Source: Arcobacteraceae bacterium (GTDB lineage: Bacteria > Campylobacterota > Campylobacteria > Campylobacterales > Arcobacteraceae). Taken from it: a DNA stretch of 64,000 nt. Where the stretch lies: positions 2,240,001 to 2,304,000 of the forward strand of contig OY759974.1 of the NCBI GenBank assembly GCA_963662945.1, written 5' to 3'. Every line of letters starts with the position of its first letter. Positions within the stretch are counted from its first letter, which is position 1. A model generated the notes under the pieces. It saw only the letters and a list, made by a program, of their open reading frames with translations, did not search any database and had not been told where the DNA came from. Position numbers and translations under genes: made by a program. This document shows, in pieces, positions 39,375 through 49,846 of this stretch.

Positions 39375-40655
39375 ATGGCAGGATTTAAAGATTTAAAAGG
39401 ACAAGGACATGCACCAACGCTGTTTATGGCTTTTTTGTATTTCGATATGAGTTTTATGGTTTGGACTATGTTAGGTCCTTTAAGTACAGAGATAACAGAA
39501 GCTTTAGCAATGGCAGGTCATCTTATGACAGCAGGAGAAAAAGCAACACTTTTATCACTTCCTATATTAGCTGGTGCAATTTTACGAATAGTGTTAGGAT
39601 TTGGTGTAGATAAGTTTGGTGCTAAAAAAACAGCACTATTATCACAAGGTATTGTAATAGCTGCTCTTTTAACAGCATATTTACAAGGAAATAGTATCAC
39701 ATACAATCAACTTCTTATAGTTGCTCTTGGACTTGGATTTGCTGGGGCTAGTTTTGCTGTTGCATTACCGCAAGCTGGACAATGGTATCCTCCAAAACTT
39801 CAAGGGGTTGTTTTAGGAATTGCAGGGGCAGGAAATATTGGAGTAGTTATTGACTTCTTGTTTGCACCAAAAATTGCAGAACTTTGGGGATGGGAGTCTG
39901 TATTTGGCGTAGGTGCTTTGATGGCTATTATTGTATTTGTAGCATATTTCTTTTTAGCACAAGATGCACCAGAATCTGTATATAAAGCAAACCCAAAAAG
40001 ATTAAAAGATTATGTTAAACTTTTAAAAGATAAAGATACTTGGTGGTTCAATTTATTCTATGCTGTAAGTTTTGGTGGATTTGTAGGGTTTGCGGGATAT
40101 ATGAAAGTATATTTGATGAATACTTATAGTGTAGATATGTCTGCATTTGGATTAGATTTTCTTGATGAAGGAAATGTAAAAGTTGTTGCTGGATATTTTG
40201 GAGCATTATGTATCTTTGCAGGAGCTGTTTTAAGACCTGTTGGTGGTGCCGTTGCTGATAAATTAGGTGGGGTAAAATCTTTATACTTTTTCTATGGAAC
40301 TGTGGCATTATTGGCTATAATTAATGCAACAATTACACTTCCTTTTGGTATAGCTATTTTTGTATTGTTTTTAATTATGGCAAATCTTGGTATGGCAAAT
40401 GGAGCAGTATTTCAACTAGTACCTCAAAGATTTGGAAAAGATATTGGAATTATGACAGGTATTGTTGGATGTGCTGGTGGTTTAGGTGGAACAGCACTTA
40501 TTAAAACTCTTGGGTGGTCAAAAGGTGCTTTTGATGGATATACAGCTGGACTTATAATATTTGCTTGTGTTGTTTTAGTTGCAATCGCAGGAATTAGTTT
40601 GGTAAAAACAAGATGGAGAACAACTTGGGGAGTATCTGCTGGAGGAAGAATATAA
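39375..40655 (+). CDS. MFS nitrate/nitrite transporter (NarK/NasA family)
   Basis: GFAGASF...WYP...G.AGAGNIG, FGGFVGF, RPVGG..AD, GMANGAVF. Confidence 0.92.
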   Translation: MAGFKDLKGQGHAPTLFMAFLYFDMSFMVWTMLGPLSTEITEALAMAGHLMTAGEKATLLSLPILAGAILRIVLGFGVDKFGAKKTALLSQGIVIAALLTAYLQGNSITYNQLLIVALGLGFAGASFAVALPQAGQWYPPKLQGVVLGIAGAGNIGVVIDFLFAPKIAELWGWESVFGVGALMAIIVFVAYFFLAQDAPESVYKANPKRLKDYVKLLKDKDTWWFNLFYAVSFGGFVGFAGYMKVYLMNTYSVDMSAFGLDFLDEGNVKVVAGYFGALCIFAGAVLRPVGGAVADKLGGVKSLYFFYGTVALLAIINATITLPFGIAIFVLFLIMANLGMANGAVFQLVPQRFGKDIGIMTGIVGCAGGLGGTALIKTLGWSKGAFDGYTAGLIIFACVVLVAIAGISLVKTRWRTTWGVSAGGRI

Positions 40656-40674
40656 AAAATAATAGTAGGTTAAA

Positions 40675-42309
40675 ATGAAAAATACAAATATGCATATTTC
40701 TGGATTCACACTTGCTAAAGGAAAAGAACTAGTAGGGGATGATTTTTATGATGTAAAAAACATAGAAAATCTTACTATTGGAATAGTTTGTGACGGTGTT
40801 GGAAGTGCCCAAGAGGGAAGAGTTGCTGCAAAAAGAGTAGTGAATCACCTTATGACAAACTTTAAAAATAGACCACAGGCGTGGTCTATAGAAAAATCTA
40901 TTAAAAAATTTATAACTTCAATTAATGCAATTTTATATCAAGAATCTATGGTAAATTATGAAAGACCAGAACTTGTAACAACGCTTACTATTATTGTAAT
41001 AGAGGGAAATAGACTTTATGGGGCAAATGTTGGAGATAGTAGAGTATATCTTTTAAGAGAAGAAAAACTTACGCAACTTTCTCTAGATCATTCAATGGAA
41101 GAATCAGGATATGAAAATGTTCTTACCCAAGCAATAGGAATAGAAAAAGATGTAGCACCTTATTATTTTGAAAATATAATTCAAAAAGATGACAAAATTC
41201 TTCTATGTAGTGATGGTTTATATAACATTATGAGTGAAAATAGACTTGAATCTGGAATACCACTTGGAGCAAATTCACTCGTAAAAAAAGCAAGTTCTCT
41301 TATGGAAGATAATCTCCCTGATGATACAACAGCTGTTATTTTACAAGTACAAGAAGTGAGTTTACTAGAAGAATTAAAAAAACAAAAACTAGCAATACCG
41401 ACAATCCTAAAAGCTGGGGATGAAATAGATGGTTATATTTTAGAAAAATCTCTTATTCAAAATAATAGAACATGGTTATGTACTAAAAATAAAAAACAAT
41501 ATGTTTTGAAATTTGCTCCAACGGAGGCACTTGAAGATAAAGCTATCTTAGACCTTTTTGTACAAGAAGCTTGGAATGCCAAAAGATTAAAAGCTGGATT
41601 TTTTCCAAAAGCAGTTATTCCGAAAAAAAGAACATGCAGATATTATGTCATGGAAGCTCTTGATGGAGTTGATTTAAAAACATATTTGAAAAAAAGAGTT
41701 TTAAGTGTAGATGAGTCGATAAATCTCGCTAAAACACTTTTAAAAATGTCTCAATATCTTATAAAATTTGATTTAGTGCATGGGGATATAAAACCTGAAA
41801 ATATTATGATTACAAAGAGAGCTGATAAAAAATTCTTTAAAATTATAGATTTTGGAAGTATCACAGAAGTATATAGTATCAACTCAAAAGCAGGAACTCC
41901 CTCATATCTTTCTCCTCAAAGATTTCAGGGGGATGCGATAAGTGAAACAAGTGAAATTTTTTCTATAGGGGTAACTCTTTATGAATCTTTGACAAAAAAG
42001 TTTCCATACGGAGAGATAGAACCTTTTCAAAATCCTACTTTTAAACAAGCAAAATCATTAAAAGAGTTAAATAATAAAATTCCACATTGGCTAGATAGTG
42101 TGATATTACGAAGTATAGCTATAGAGGAACAAAACAGATATAAAAACTATTCAAATATGATGTATGAGTTAGAAAATACTCAAAAGGTAAAACCGTATTT
42201 TAATAAAAATGCGCCACTATTAGAAAAAAATCCACTTATGGTGTATAAAGTTGGATTTTATTTGATGTTAGTTATAAATTTTTTTATGTTTTTAATGTAT
42301 CACAAGTAG
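40675..42309 (+). CDS. Fused PP2C phosphatase / Hanks-type Ser/Thr kinase
   Basis: CDGVG, VGDSR, CSDG, DD (PP2C); HGDIKPEN, IDFG, GTPSY (kinase); C-terminal TM. Confidence 0.9.
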   Translation: MKNTNMHISGFTLAKGKELVGDDFYDVKNIENLTIGIVCDGVGSAQEGRVAAKRVVNHLMTNFKNRPQAWSIEKSIKKFITSINAILYQESMVNYERPELVTTLTIIVIEGNRLYGANVGDSRVYLLREEKLTQLSLDHSMEESGYENVLTQAIGIEKDVAPYYFENIIQKDDKILLCSDGLYNIMSENRLESGIPLGANSLVKKASSLMEDNLPDDTTAVILQVQEVSLLEELKKQKLAIPTILKAGDEIDGYILEKSLIQNNRTWLCTKNKKQYVLKFAPTEALEDKAILDLFVQEAWNAKRLKAGFFPKAVIPKKRTCRYYVMEALDGVDLKTYLKKRVLSVDESINLAKTLLKMSQYLIKFDLVHGDIKPENIMITKRADKKFFKIIDFGSITEVYSINSKAGTPSYLSPQRFQGDAISETSEIFSIGVTLYESLTKKFPYGEIEPFQNPTFKQAKSLKELNNKIPHWLDSVILRSIAIEEQNRYKNYSNMMYELENTQKVKPYFNKNAPLLEKNPLMVYKVGFYLMLVINFFMFLMYHK

Positions 42310-42324
42310 ACAGAAGATATAGTA

Positions 42325-44304
42325 TTATATCTTCTCAATCTTCACAGCACTATGATTATAGTCAGGCTCTAGTGAATCTTTATCTAGTAAGTCATTTGTT
42401 AAATAGTTTACATCTCTATTACTTATGGGGATAAAAAGTGTTTTTTCTCTGATAGTATCAGTGATAAGTGCTTTTGTGAGAAGTTCTCCTCTACTTGAAA
42501 GTACTTTTATTTCATCGCCATCTTTTATATTAAGTTCTTCTGCATCATTTGGATTAATTTCACAAAAATTTAGTTCTTTAAACTTTAAAAGTGTTGTAGG
42601 AAGATTTGTTTTTGTTCCAGAGTGCCATTGGTCTCTTGTACGACCTGTTAGAAGTATAAAAGGGTATTTTAATGAGGCTTTTTCACTTAAAAGCTTATTT
42701 TCTACAAAGTGAAGATTTCCTTTTTTGTCAGGTGTTAGAAACTCCTTAATTCTTTGTCCCCAAATAAATGGCTCATTTGAGAGAGTATCATAAGAAGCTT
42801 CATGGATATTCATATATGAGTTTAGTTTTGTCATTGCTTGGAACTCTTCAAATATCTCTTTAGGACTATTGTAATTAAAATATCTTTTGAAGCCAAGTTT
42901 TTGAGCAATAAGTTGAAAAATTTCCCAATCTGGTTTACAATCTATAGATATACGGGTAAGTTTTTCTTGTTTTGTGATAGTTCTATCAAGATTTGTTTGT
43001 GTTCCCTCTTTTTCTCCCCAAGGAGCAGCTGGAAGTCTTATATGTGCATATTTTGCAGTTTCACTATTTTCATAAGCATTGATTTCTACGATAAATGGTA
43101 TTTTCTTGATAAGTTCTTCACTTCTGTTTCTATTTGGAAGATGATAAATAGGGTCTGTGTGACACACTATTAAAACATCTAAGTTGGCTTCTAGCATCTG
43201 AGTTGCTGTGAGTCCTGCTTTATTGTCAATTTTATCTGTTTGCCAAAATTCACTCACTTTTTTGATACTTTCATTATCAAACCCTAGATGAACAGCCAAC
43301 ATTGTAGATAATCCACCAACTTCTCGTCCACCCATAGCATTTGGCTGTCCAGTTAAACTTAAAGGACCATTTCCAGCTTTAAAAATTTTCCCAGTAAGAA
43401 GATGTGTATTGATAAGACTTAAGTTTTTATCTACCCCTTGACTTGATTGATTCAGTCCCATAGTCCAAGCAGTGATAATATTGGGACTATTTTTATATAG
43501 AGTCCAAAATTCTTCAAACTGTTCAGCTGATAAACCTGTTCTTTTTAACATTTTAGTTACAGGTACTCTTTTGAATTTATTTTTGAGAAGTTCAAAATTA
43601 TTAATATAATTTTCTACAAATTCTTTATCATAAAGTTCTTCATCTATCAATCTTTTACTTACAAGATTAAAAAAGTCTATATCACTTCCTACTCTTAAAG
43701 GGATATATATATCTGCAATTTTTGCAGTTTCAGTATATCTAGGGTCAATTACGACAATTTTTAAACCCTCTTTTTTTGCTTTTTTTATTTGATTGTGAAA
43801 AACTACATGAGCTTCAGCAGTATTTGCCCCTGCAAGGATAAGTAAATCACTTTTAAAAATATCATTCATTCGTACAGGTACAAAGTCTGCACCTATAGAT
43901 TTTTTATAAGCTACAACTGCAGATGCCATACAAGTTCTACTATTTGTATCTACATTATTTGTTCCTATGAAACCTTTACAAAGCTTGTTTGCTATATAGT
44001 AATCTTCTGTTAAAAGCTGTCCTGAAAGATAAAAACCTATTTTATCTTTTGGTGTAGTTTTGATTTTGTCTGCAATTATACTAATAGTATCTTCCCAAGT
44101 TGATATTTTATATTCATCGTTTATATCTTCTCTTATATGAGGTCTTAAAAGTCGTGTTGGTGTTTGGATACTTATAAGTTCAGAGATTCCTTTACTACAA
44201 AGTTTTCCTTCATTAGTTGGATAAGTGACATCTCCTAATAGTTTATGTTCATCATATTCTAACCCACAACCTACACCACAATATCCACAAACAGATTTAA
44301 TCAT
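42325..44304 (-). CDS. Assimilatory nitrate reductase catalytic subunit (Mo-bisPGD; NarB/NasA-like)
   Basis: CGYCGVGCG...LC, SGQLLTEDYY, DTNSRTCM, TGQPNAMGGREVG, TGR.RDQWH. Confidence 0.93.
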   Translation of the reverse strand: MIKSVCGYCGVGCGLEYDEHKLLGDVTYPTNEGKLCSKGISELISIQTPTRLLRPHIREDINDEYKISTWEDTISIIADKIKTTPKDKIGFYLSGQLLTEDYYIANKLCKGFIGTNNVDTNSRTCMASAVVAYKKSIGADFVPVRMNDIFKSDLLILAGANTAEAHVVFHNQIKKAKKEGLKIVVIDPRYTETAKIADIYIPLRVGSDIDFFNLVSKRLIDEELYDKEFVENYINNFELLKNKFKRVPVTKMLKRTGLSAEQFEEFWTLYKNSPNIITAWTMGLNQSSQGVDKNLSLINTHLLTGKIFKAGNGPLSLTGQPNAMGGREVGGLSTMLAVHLGFDNESIKKVSEFWQTDKIDNKAGLTATQMLEANLDVLIVCHTDPIYHLPNRNRSEELIKKIPFIVEINAYENSETAKYAHIRLPAAPWGEKEGTQTNLDRTITKQEKLTRISIDCKPDWEIFQLIAQKLGFKRYFNYNSPKEIFEEFQAMTKLNSYMNIHEASYDTLSNEPFIWGQRIKEFLTPDKKGNLHFVENKLLSEKASLKYPFILLTGRTRDQWHSGTKTNLPTTLLKFKELNFCEINPNDAEELNIKDGDEIKVLSSRGELLTKALITDTIREKTLFIPISNRDVNYLTNDLLDKDSLEPDYNHSAVKIEKI

Positions 44305-44394
44305 TTTCTTTTCCCTTTATATCTTTATTATTATATCTTTAAAAAATTATAAAATGATTATACCATACTAATTAATGAAAAATTAAGAATATAA

Positions 44395-44411
44395 TGTATA
44401 TAAATTATACA
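44395..44411. promoter_or_regulatory. Perfect palindrome TGTATA-N5-TATACA between divergent nitrate reductase and ABC promoters
   Basis: TGTATA-TAAAT-TATACA; 32 nt to TATAAT (minus, 44362) and 32 nt to TATACT (plus, 44444). Confidence 0.75.
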
Positions 44412-44490
44412 ATAAAGCTGTATATTCTTTTTTAAAATTAATGTATACTTCCCTTATTAAACATTTATAATGTAAATTTAAGGAGAAAAA

Positions 44491-45870
44491 ATGTTAAAAA
44501 CAGTTTTAAAAGTTGGTCTTGGGATTTCAGTTGTAGCTTCTACACTTTTAGCAGCACCAGAAAAAACAAAATTAAAAATAGGGTTTATTGCACTAACAGA
44601 TTGTGCACCATTGGTTATTGCAAAAGAGAAAGGTTTTTTTAAAGCAGAAGGTTTAGATGTACATGTTGCAAAAGAGGGTGGTGGATGGCCAGGTATTCAG
44701 CAAAAAGTAATAAGTGGAGAATATGATTTCTCACATGCATTAGCTGGTATGCCAATAGCTGCAACTTTAGGGATAAATGGAGATGCACATTTACAAGCAT
44801 TGTTAAGTTTAGATTTTAATGGTAATGCAATTACTTATGGTAATAATATTATTAAAGAGATGCAAAAATATGGTTTAGATAAAACATCAAGACCTGTAAG
44901 TGCAGATAGTTTAAAAAAATATATTGATGAAAAACATAAAACAGAAGGGTCAAATTATGCACCACTTGCTTTTGGTATGGTTCATCCAGTTTCAACACAT
45001 AACTATGAATTAAGATATTGGATGGCTGGGTCTGGTATAAAACCAGATGAAGATTGTACAATCAAACCATTTCCACCACCTACAATGCCACAAAATTTAA
45101 TAGCTGGTAACATTGAGGGATATTGTGTAGGGGAACCTTGGAATTCAAGAATTGTACTTAAAGGTGCAGGAAGTGCCCTAGTAACAAACTATGATATTTG
45201 GAACAATAATCCAGAAAAAGTTTTACAAGCAAGAGCAGATTTTGTAGAAAAATATCCTGAAACTACTAAAGCAGTTATGAGAGCAGTTATAAAAGCACAA
45301 ATGTGGTTGGATGAGTCTTGGGAGCATAGAGAAGAAGCGCTGAAATTTTTAGCACAAAATAACTATGTAAAAGCACCAGTTGATGTCTTGAGAAAATCTA
45401 TGTCTGGAACATTTCTGTACAATAAAGGTGTAGATTCTGAAAATCCAATGTTTAATGTATTTGCAAACTACTATGCTTCTTATCCATTTTATTCTCATGG
45501 TATGTGGTTTATTACACAAATGTACAGATGGGGACAACTTGACAAACCAGTTGATATGAAAGCAACAATTGAAAAAGTTTATAGACCAGATTTATTTGCT
45601 CAAGTTGCAAAAGAAGTAGGGTATACATTACCACCAAGTCCTTGGAAAAAAGATGGAGTTGATGAATACAATAAATTCATTGATGGAAAAGTATGGGATC
45701 CTAATAAAGCTGTTGAATATATTTATGATACATTTAGTGTAACTACACCTAAAGTATCTAAAGAAGAATTAGCAAAAGTAAACAAATGGCAAGTTGAAAC
45801 AAAACAACCAAAATATGTATGTCCTTATGGACCAGCTGGATGTGCTGATCCAAAATATGTTACGAAATAG
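44491..45870 (+). CDS. nrtA: Nitrate ABC transporter substrate-binding protein (NrtA/CmpA family)
   Basis: Signal peptide, GFIALTDCAP, THNYELRYW, CVGEPWN, PEKV. Confidence 0.9.
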   Translation: MLKTVLKVGLGISVVASTLLAAPEKTKLKIGFIALTDCAPLVIAKEKGFFKAEGLDVHVAKEGGGWPGIQQKVISGEYDFSHALAGMPIAATLGINGDAHLQALLSLDFNGNAITYGNNIIKEMQKYGLDKTSRPVSADSLKKYIDEKHKTEGSNYAPLAFGMVHPVSTHNYELRYWMAGSGIKPDEDCTIKPFPPPTMPQNLIAGNIEGYCVGEPWNSRIVLKGAGSALVTNYDIWNNNPEKVLQARADFVEKYPETTKAVMRAVIKAQMWLDESWEHREEALKFLAQNNYVKAPVDVLRKSMSGTFLYNKGVDSENPMFNVFANYYASYPFYSHGMWFITQMYRWGQLDKPVDMKATIEKVYRPDLFAQVAKEVGYTLPPSPWKKDGVDEYNKFIDGKVWDPNKAVEYIYDTFSVTTPKVSKEELAKVNKWQVETKQPKYVCPYGPAGCADPKYVTK

Positions 45871-45975
45871 TCTTTTGACTATTTTGTAATCGTAAAAGGT
45901 ATATTTTAATATGTATCTAGGTTAGATGTATATTAAAGATATATCTTAAAATTCAAATCAAAGTAAAGGAAAAAA

Positions 45976-46791
45976 ATGAATAAAGAAATTCTAAAAAAAA
46001 TACTGTTACCACTTGTGGTATTTATAGTAATCATTCAGATTTGGTCTGGTATAGCACAAGTTGTTAATGGCTTTCCAACACCAACAAATACTTATGTTGC
46101 AGCTTTTGGTGGAGAAACAACTGATGGAGAGGTATTAAAAGGTGTTTTAGCGGATCCATTTTATATAGAAAACCAAGATGATAAAGGGATTTTTTGGCAA
46201 ATCTTAGAATCACTTAAAAGAGTATTTGGAGGTTTTGCATTAGCTATTATTGTAGGTGTTCCTGTTGGATTATTTATAGGTATGAGTAAAAGTGCTCAAT
46301 ATGCGTTTGACCCATTCATACAAATACTCAAACCAGTGTCTCCACTTGCTTGGTTGCCATTATTGTTGTTTATTTTCAAAGATATTAATTTAACAGCAAT
46401 TTCAACTATATTTATTACTTCTATTTGGCCAATTATTATTAATACAGCTTTAGGTGTACGAAGTGTCAATGAAGATTATATGAATGTTGCAAAAGTTTTA
46501 AGATTTACACCTTTAGAAAAAGTCATTCAAATAATTTTACCAGTGGCTATTCCATTTATCTTTACAGGTATGAGACTAAGTCTTGGTATTGCTTGGCTTG
46601 TTATTGTCGCTGCTGAGATGTTAACAGGTGGTATAGGTATAGGTTTTTGGATATGGGATGAGTACAATAATTTAGCCTATGCAAATATTATTATAGGGAT
46701 TATTATAGTTGGTATAGTTGGATTTATGTTGGATTTAGTTATGGGTAAAATAGCAGATTTCTTTGATTATAGAAAAAAAGGTAGAGCGTAA
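45976..46791 (+). CDS. nrtB: Nitrate ABC transporter permease
   Basis: SLKRV, PVSPLAWLP, WLVIVAAEM. Confidence 0.92.
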   Translation: MNKEILKKILLPLVVFIVIIQIWSGIAQVVNGFPTPTNTYVAAFGGETTDGEVLKGVLADPFYIENQDDKGIFWQILESLKRVFGGFALAIIVGVPVGLFIGMSKSAQYAFDPFIQILKPVSPLAWLPLLLFIFKDINLTAISTIFITSIWPIIINTALGVRSVNEDYMNVAKVLRFTPLEKVIQIILPVAIPFIFTGMRLSLGIAWLVIVAAEMLTGGIGIGFWIWDEYNNLAYANIIIGIIIVGIVGFMLDLVMGKIADFFDYRKKGRA

Positions 46792-47585
46792 TGGAAAAAA
46801 AGTTTTTAAGTTTAGAAAATATTGAGAAAAGATTTCCAATTCCAGGAAAAGATGATTATGTGGCTGTTACAAATGTAAATTTAGAGATTAGAAAAGATGA
46901 GATTATCTCTATTATTGGACACAGTGGATGTGGAAAATCTACTTTATTAAATATGATATCAGGTCTTGATGCACAAACTGATGGTCACATCATATTAGAA
47001 AATAAAGAGGTAAAAGGACCAGGTCCAGATAGAGCAGTTGTATTTCAAAACCATTCATTACTTCCATGGTTAAGTGTATATCAAAATATTGAAATGGCTG
47101 TGAAAAAAGTGATGCCAGAACTTTCTAGTAAAGAGTTACGAGATAGGGTAGAAAAATATATTTCTATGGTCAATCTTGATCATGCAAAAGATAAAAAACC
47201 AGATGAGATAAGTGGTGGTATGAAACAAAGAGTTGGTATTGCTAGAGCATTATCAATTTCTCCAAAAGTATTACTTATGGATGAACCATTTGGTGCTTTA
47301 GATAGTTTAACAAGAGCAAATCTTCAAGAACATCTTATGAGAATACAAGAGAAAGCAAAAAATACAGTTATTATCATAACACATGATATTGATGAAGCTG
47401 TACTTTTAAGTGATAGAGTTATTATGATGACAAATGGTCCAGAAGCTACTATTGGTGAAATATTGGAAGTTAATTTAGAGAGACCAAGAGACAGAGTAGC
47501 TTTACAAACTGATCCAGAATATATTAGATGTAGAGAAGCAATCTTAAGTTTTCTTTATGAAAAATTTGCAAAAGAGGATGAGTAG
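46791..47585 (+). CDS. Nitrate ABC transporter ATP-binding protein
   Basis: GHSGCGKST, SGGMKQR, DEPFGALD. Confidence 0.92.
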   Translation: MEKKFLSLENIEKRFPIPGKDDYVAVTNVNLEIRKDEIISIIGHSGCGKSTLLNMISGLDAQTDGHIILENKEVKGPGPDRAVVFQNHSLLPWLSVYQNIEMAVKKVMPELSSKELRDRVEKYISMVNLDHAKDKKPDEISGGMKQRVGIARALSISPKVLLMDEPFGALDSLTRANLQEHLMRIQEKAKNTVIIITHDIDEAVLLSDRVIMMTNGPEATIGEILEVNLERPRDRVALQTDPEYIRCREAILSFLYEKFAKEDE

Positions 47586-47608
47586 AACGAACTTAGATAG
47601 GTTCGTTT
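47586..47608. terminator. Probable terminator hairpin between convergent genes
   Basis: AACGAACTT-AGAT-AGGTTCGTT followed by T run. Confidence 0.55.
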
Positions 47609-47796
47609 TATGAAAGTTTTATCTCTTTTAACATTACCGTTAAGTCATTATTTAAACTATTGATTTTAGAGATGATTTCATTTCTTTGTTTTTCATCTAG
47701 TTTAAATCGTGTATCAATAAATTCGTAGATTTTAAAAGTATCTGTAAATATTTCACTCATCAAATCTTGTTTGATTTTATCTTCTATTTTTCCCAT
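47608..47796 (-). CDS. Small hypothetical protein (62 aa)
   Basis: SD AGGA, sigma54-like promoter upstream, helical composition. Confidence 0.7.
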   Translation of the reverse strand: MGKIEDKIKQDLMSEIFTDTFKIYEFIDTRFKLDEKQRNEIISKINSLNNDLTVMLKEIKLS

Positions 47797-47832
47797 GGTG
47801 TTTTGTCCTATATAATTATATAGAAGTACTTA

Positions 47833-47848
47833 TGCAATATGTATACCT
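47833..47848 (-). promoter_or_regulatory. Sigma54-type promoter
   Basis: AGGTAT-ACATA-TTGCA (GG-N10-GC). Confidence 0.55.
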
Positions 47849-47859
47849 TGCGTATGAAG

Positions 47860-48759
47860 TTATAATAATTTCTTCTTTATAGCTTCAATCATCACTTTTG
47901 TAGCTTTATATCCCGCTTCAATAGACTCTTCTTTAGAATCAAAGCTACTAAAACTTTTTGGCTCAAAATTTGGTCTTATGATAAAGTCTGCTTCACTTTG
48001 CTCCTCTTTACTTATCTCACAACTTTGTAATCGAAGCGTTGCCATGGCAATATTGAGCATCTCTTCTTTTGGTTTGTTTTTTTTACCACAATAAATATCA
48101 ACACCAACTACAATATCAGCACCCATTGCCTTTGCAAATCGTATAGGAATGAGAGATAAAATTCCACCATCAATATAAATATTTCCATTGGAATTTATAG
48201 GTACGAATGCCACTGGTACAGTTGAAGATGTTTGAACCGCTTTACCCATATCTCCTTTTGTGATAAGAAGTGGTTTCCCATCTGTTAAGTCTGTAACAGC
48301 TATACCTAGTTTTATGGGAGTATTTTCTATGTCAATATTATTTGTATTTTGTTGTATCCAAGTTGAGAGTTTTTTCCCACCTATTAATCCACCATCGGAA
48401 AATAGATTTATATCAGCTAAATCTTTCTCTTTAAGAGATGTGACTATTTTTTCAATTTCTCTATATTTCATGCCAGAAGCATACAAAGAAGCAGCAATAG
48501 AACCTGCTGAACTTCCTGTAACAATATCAGGTTTTATACCAGCTTCCTCTAAAGCTTTGATAACACCTAAGTGCATAAAACCTCTCACACCACCCCCACC
48601 AAATGCTATACCTAAAGTTTTATTTTTTGTTATTTCAATTTTTTTGATACTTTCTAATGGAGTAGCATTTAAGTCATCATATTGATTTTTTGAGGCATAA
48701 TGATTGAATATAAAAAGAATGATGATAATGGTAAGAAGGGAAAGAAAGAGTTTTTTCAT
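47860..48759 (-). CDS. Patatin-like phospholipase
   Basis: GGGGVRG, GSSAG, DGG; N-terminal signal anchor. Confidence 0.9.
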   Translation of the reverse strand: MKKLFLSLLTIIIILFIFNHYASKNQYDDLNATPLESIKKIEITKNKTLGIAFGGGGVRGFMHLGVIKALEEAGIKPDIVTGSSAGSIAASLYASGMKYREIEKIVTSLKEKDLADINLFSDGGLIGGKKLSTWIQQNTNNIDIENTPIKLGIAVTDLTDGKPLLITKGDMGKAVQTSSTVPVAFVPINSNGNIYIDGGILSLIPIRFAKAMGADIVVGVDIYCGKKNKPKEEMLNIAMATLRLQSCEISKEEQSEADFIIRPNFEPKSFSSFDSKEESIEAGYKATKVMIEAIKKKLL

Positions 48760-48835
48760 ATTTTAAACCTTTTAGTATCTCTTAGTTTAGGGCTTTATTT
48801 TATCATAAGATTTTGTAGCAATCAAGGATTGTTGT

Positions 48836-48881
48836 GTAACCATAATGTAGCTTACCATATTTAGATAAGCTACATGGTTAC
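48836..48881. terminator. Long imperfect hairpin after PglG-like gene
   Basis: GTAACCA..TGTAGCTTA / TAAGCTACA-TGGTTAC arms. Confidence 0.5.
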
Positions 48882-49763
48882 TTAAAATTCATCTGCTTGT
48901 TTTTTTTCTAAAATTGAACTTTGGGTTATACTTTTATAAAAATATGCCAAACCTATAAACATAATCGTTGTACCAAACAATAAATAAAAAGCAGAATCCA
49001 TATTTTTATAGTCATCTAAAGTGATTTTAAAAACAACCATTAAAGTTTCAATAGATAAAGCAATAATAATTGAGATTAAAAATTTCCCCAAAACCTTATA
49101 TTGTCTATCATTTGCATGACTAAAAGAGTGAAAAATAACCTCATGTTCAAATATTTGTTTTGCCAAATCAAAAATAGCAATCCCCAATGTAACTGATATT
49201 ATAGCTTTAAAGGTTGTTTCAAAAAAGTCAAAACCTAGAGGATTTGTTGTCATTGTCATAAAAGTATATCCACCATGACCAATTAAAACAATAGAAATAA
49301 TCCCTAACATAAAAGAACCGAAAATATAAATGAGTCTTTTGAACTTGTCATAGGTACTGTTATAATCAATAAGTTTTAATTCTTCAAGTAAATGTATCAA
49401 ATTAAAATCAAAGATATAATAACTGTCATTTTGTTTTTTTACAACTGATAAACTTGCTTTTCCCGTCCTATAATGGATATATGGATTTGAGATATAAATA
49501 TTGTCTTTATTTAAATCTAATCTCATAAAATAGTGACTTTTATCACTTTCCAAATGCATCTCATCGACACTTTTTCTACAAATCACTGGGCTACTTTGTT
49601 TATAGTTTTCATCTACACTATAAAGTAATTGAATATATCTGTTATTATCTAAAATATATTTAGAGTTTTTGATATAATCATCTGGCAAAGTTTTAATAAC
49701 AATTGAAATAAAATTGTCAACATTTATCTTGTGCTTTTTGTATATGTTTATCACTTCTCTCAT
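48882..49763 (-). CDS. PglG-like protein (N-terminal PDC-like sensor + 4 TM)
   Basis: ISNPY, AIFDLAK.IFE.EV, SIIIALSIE.LM.VFK recall Campylobacter PglG. Confidence 0.65.
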   Translation of the reverse strand: MREVINIYKKHKINVDNFISIVIKTLPDDYIKNSKYILDNNRYIQLLYSVDENYKQSSPVICRKSVDEMHLESDKSHYFMRLDLNKDNIYISNPYIHYRTGKASLSVVKKQNDSYYIFDFNLIHLLEELKLIDYNSTYDKFKRLIYIFGSFMLGIISIVLIGHGGYTFMTMTTNPLGFDFFETTFKAIISVTLGIAIFDLAKQIFEHEVIFHSFSHANDRQYKVLGKFLISIIIALSIETLMVVFKITLDDYKNMDSAFYLLFGTTIMFIGLAYFYKSITQSSILEKKQADEF

Positions 49764-49846
49764 GGTATCTCCTTTGTAGTATTTTGTTCAAAGATACGCA
49801 AGAATTTCTAAATAAGACATAAACTATCTTATTTAATTTAATTTTA

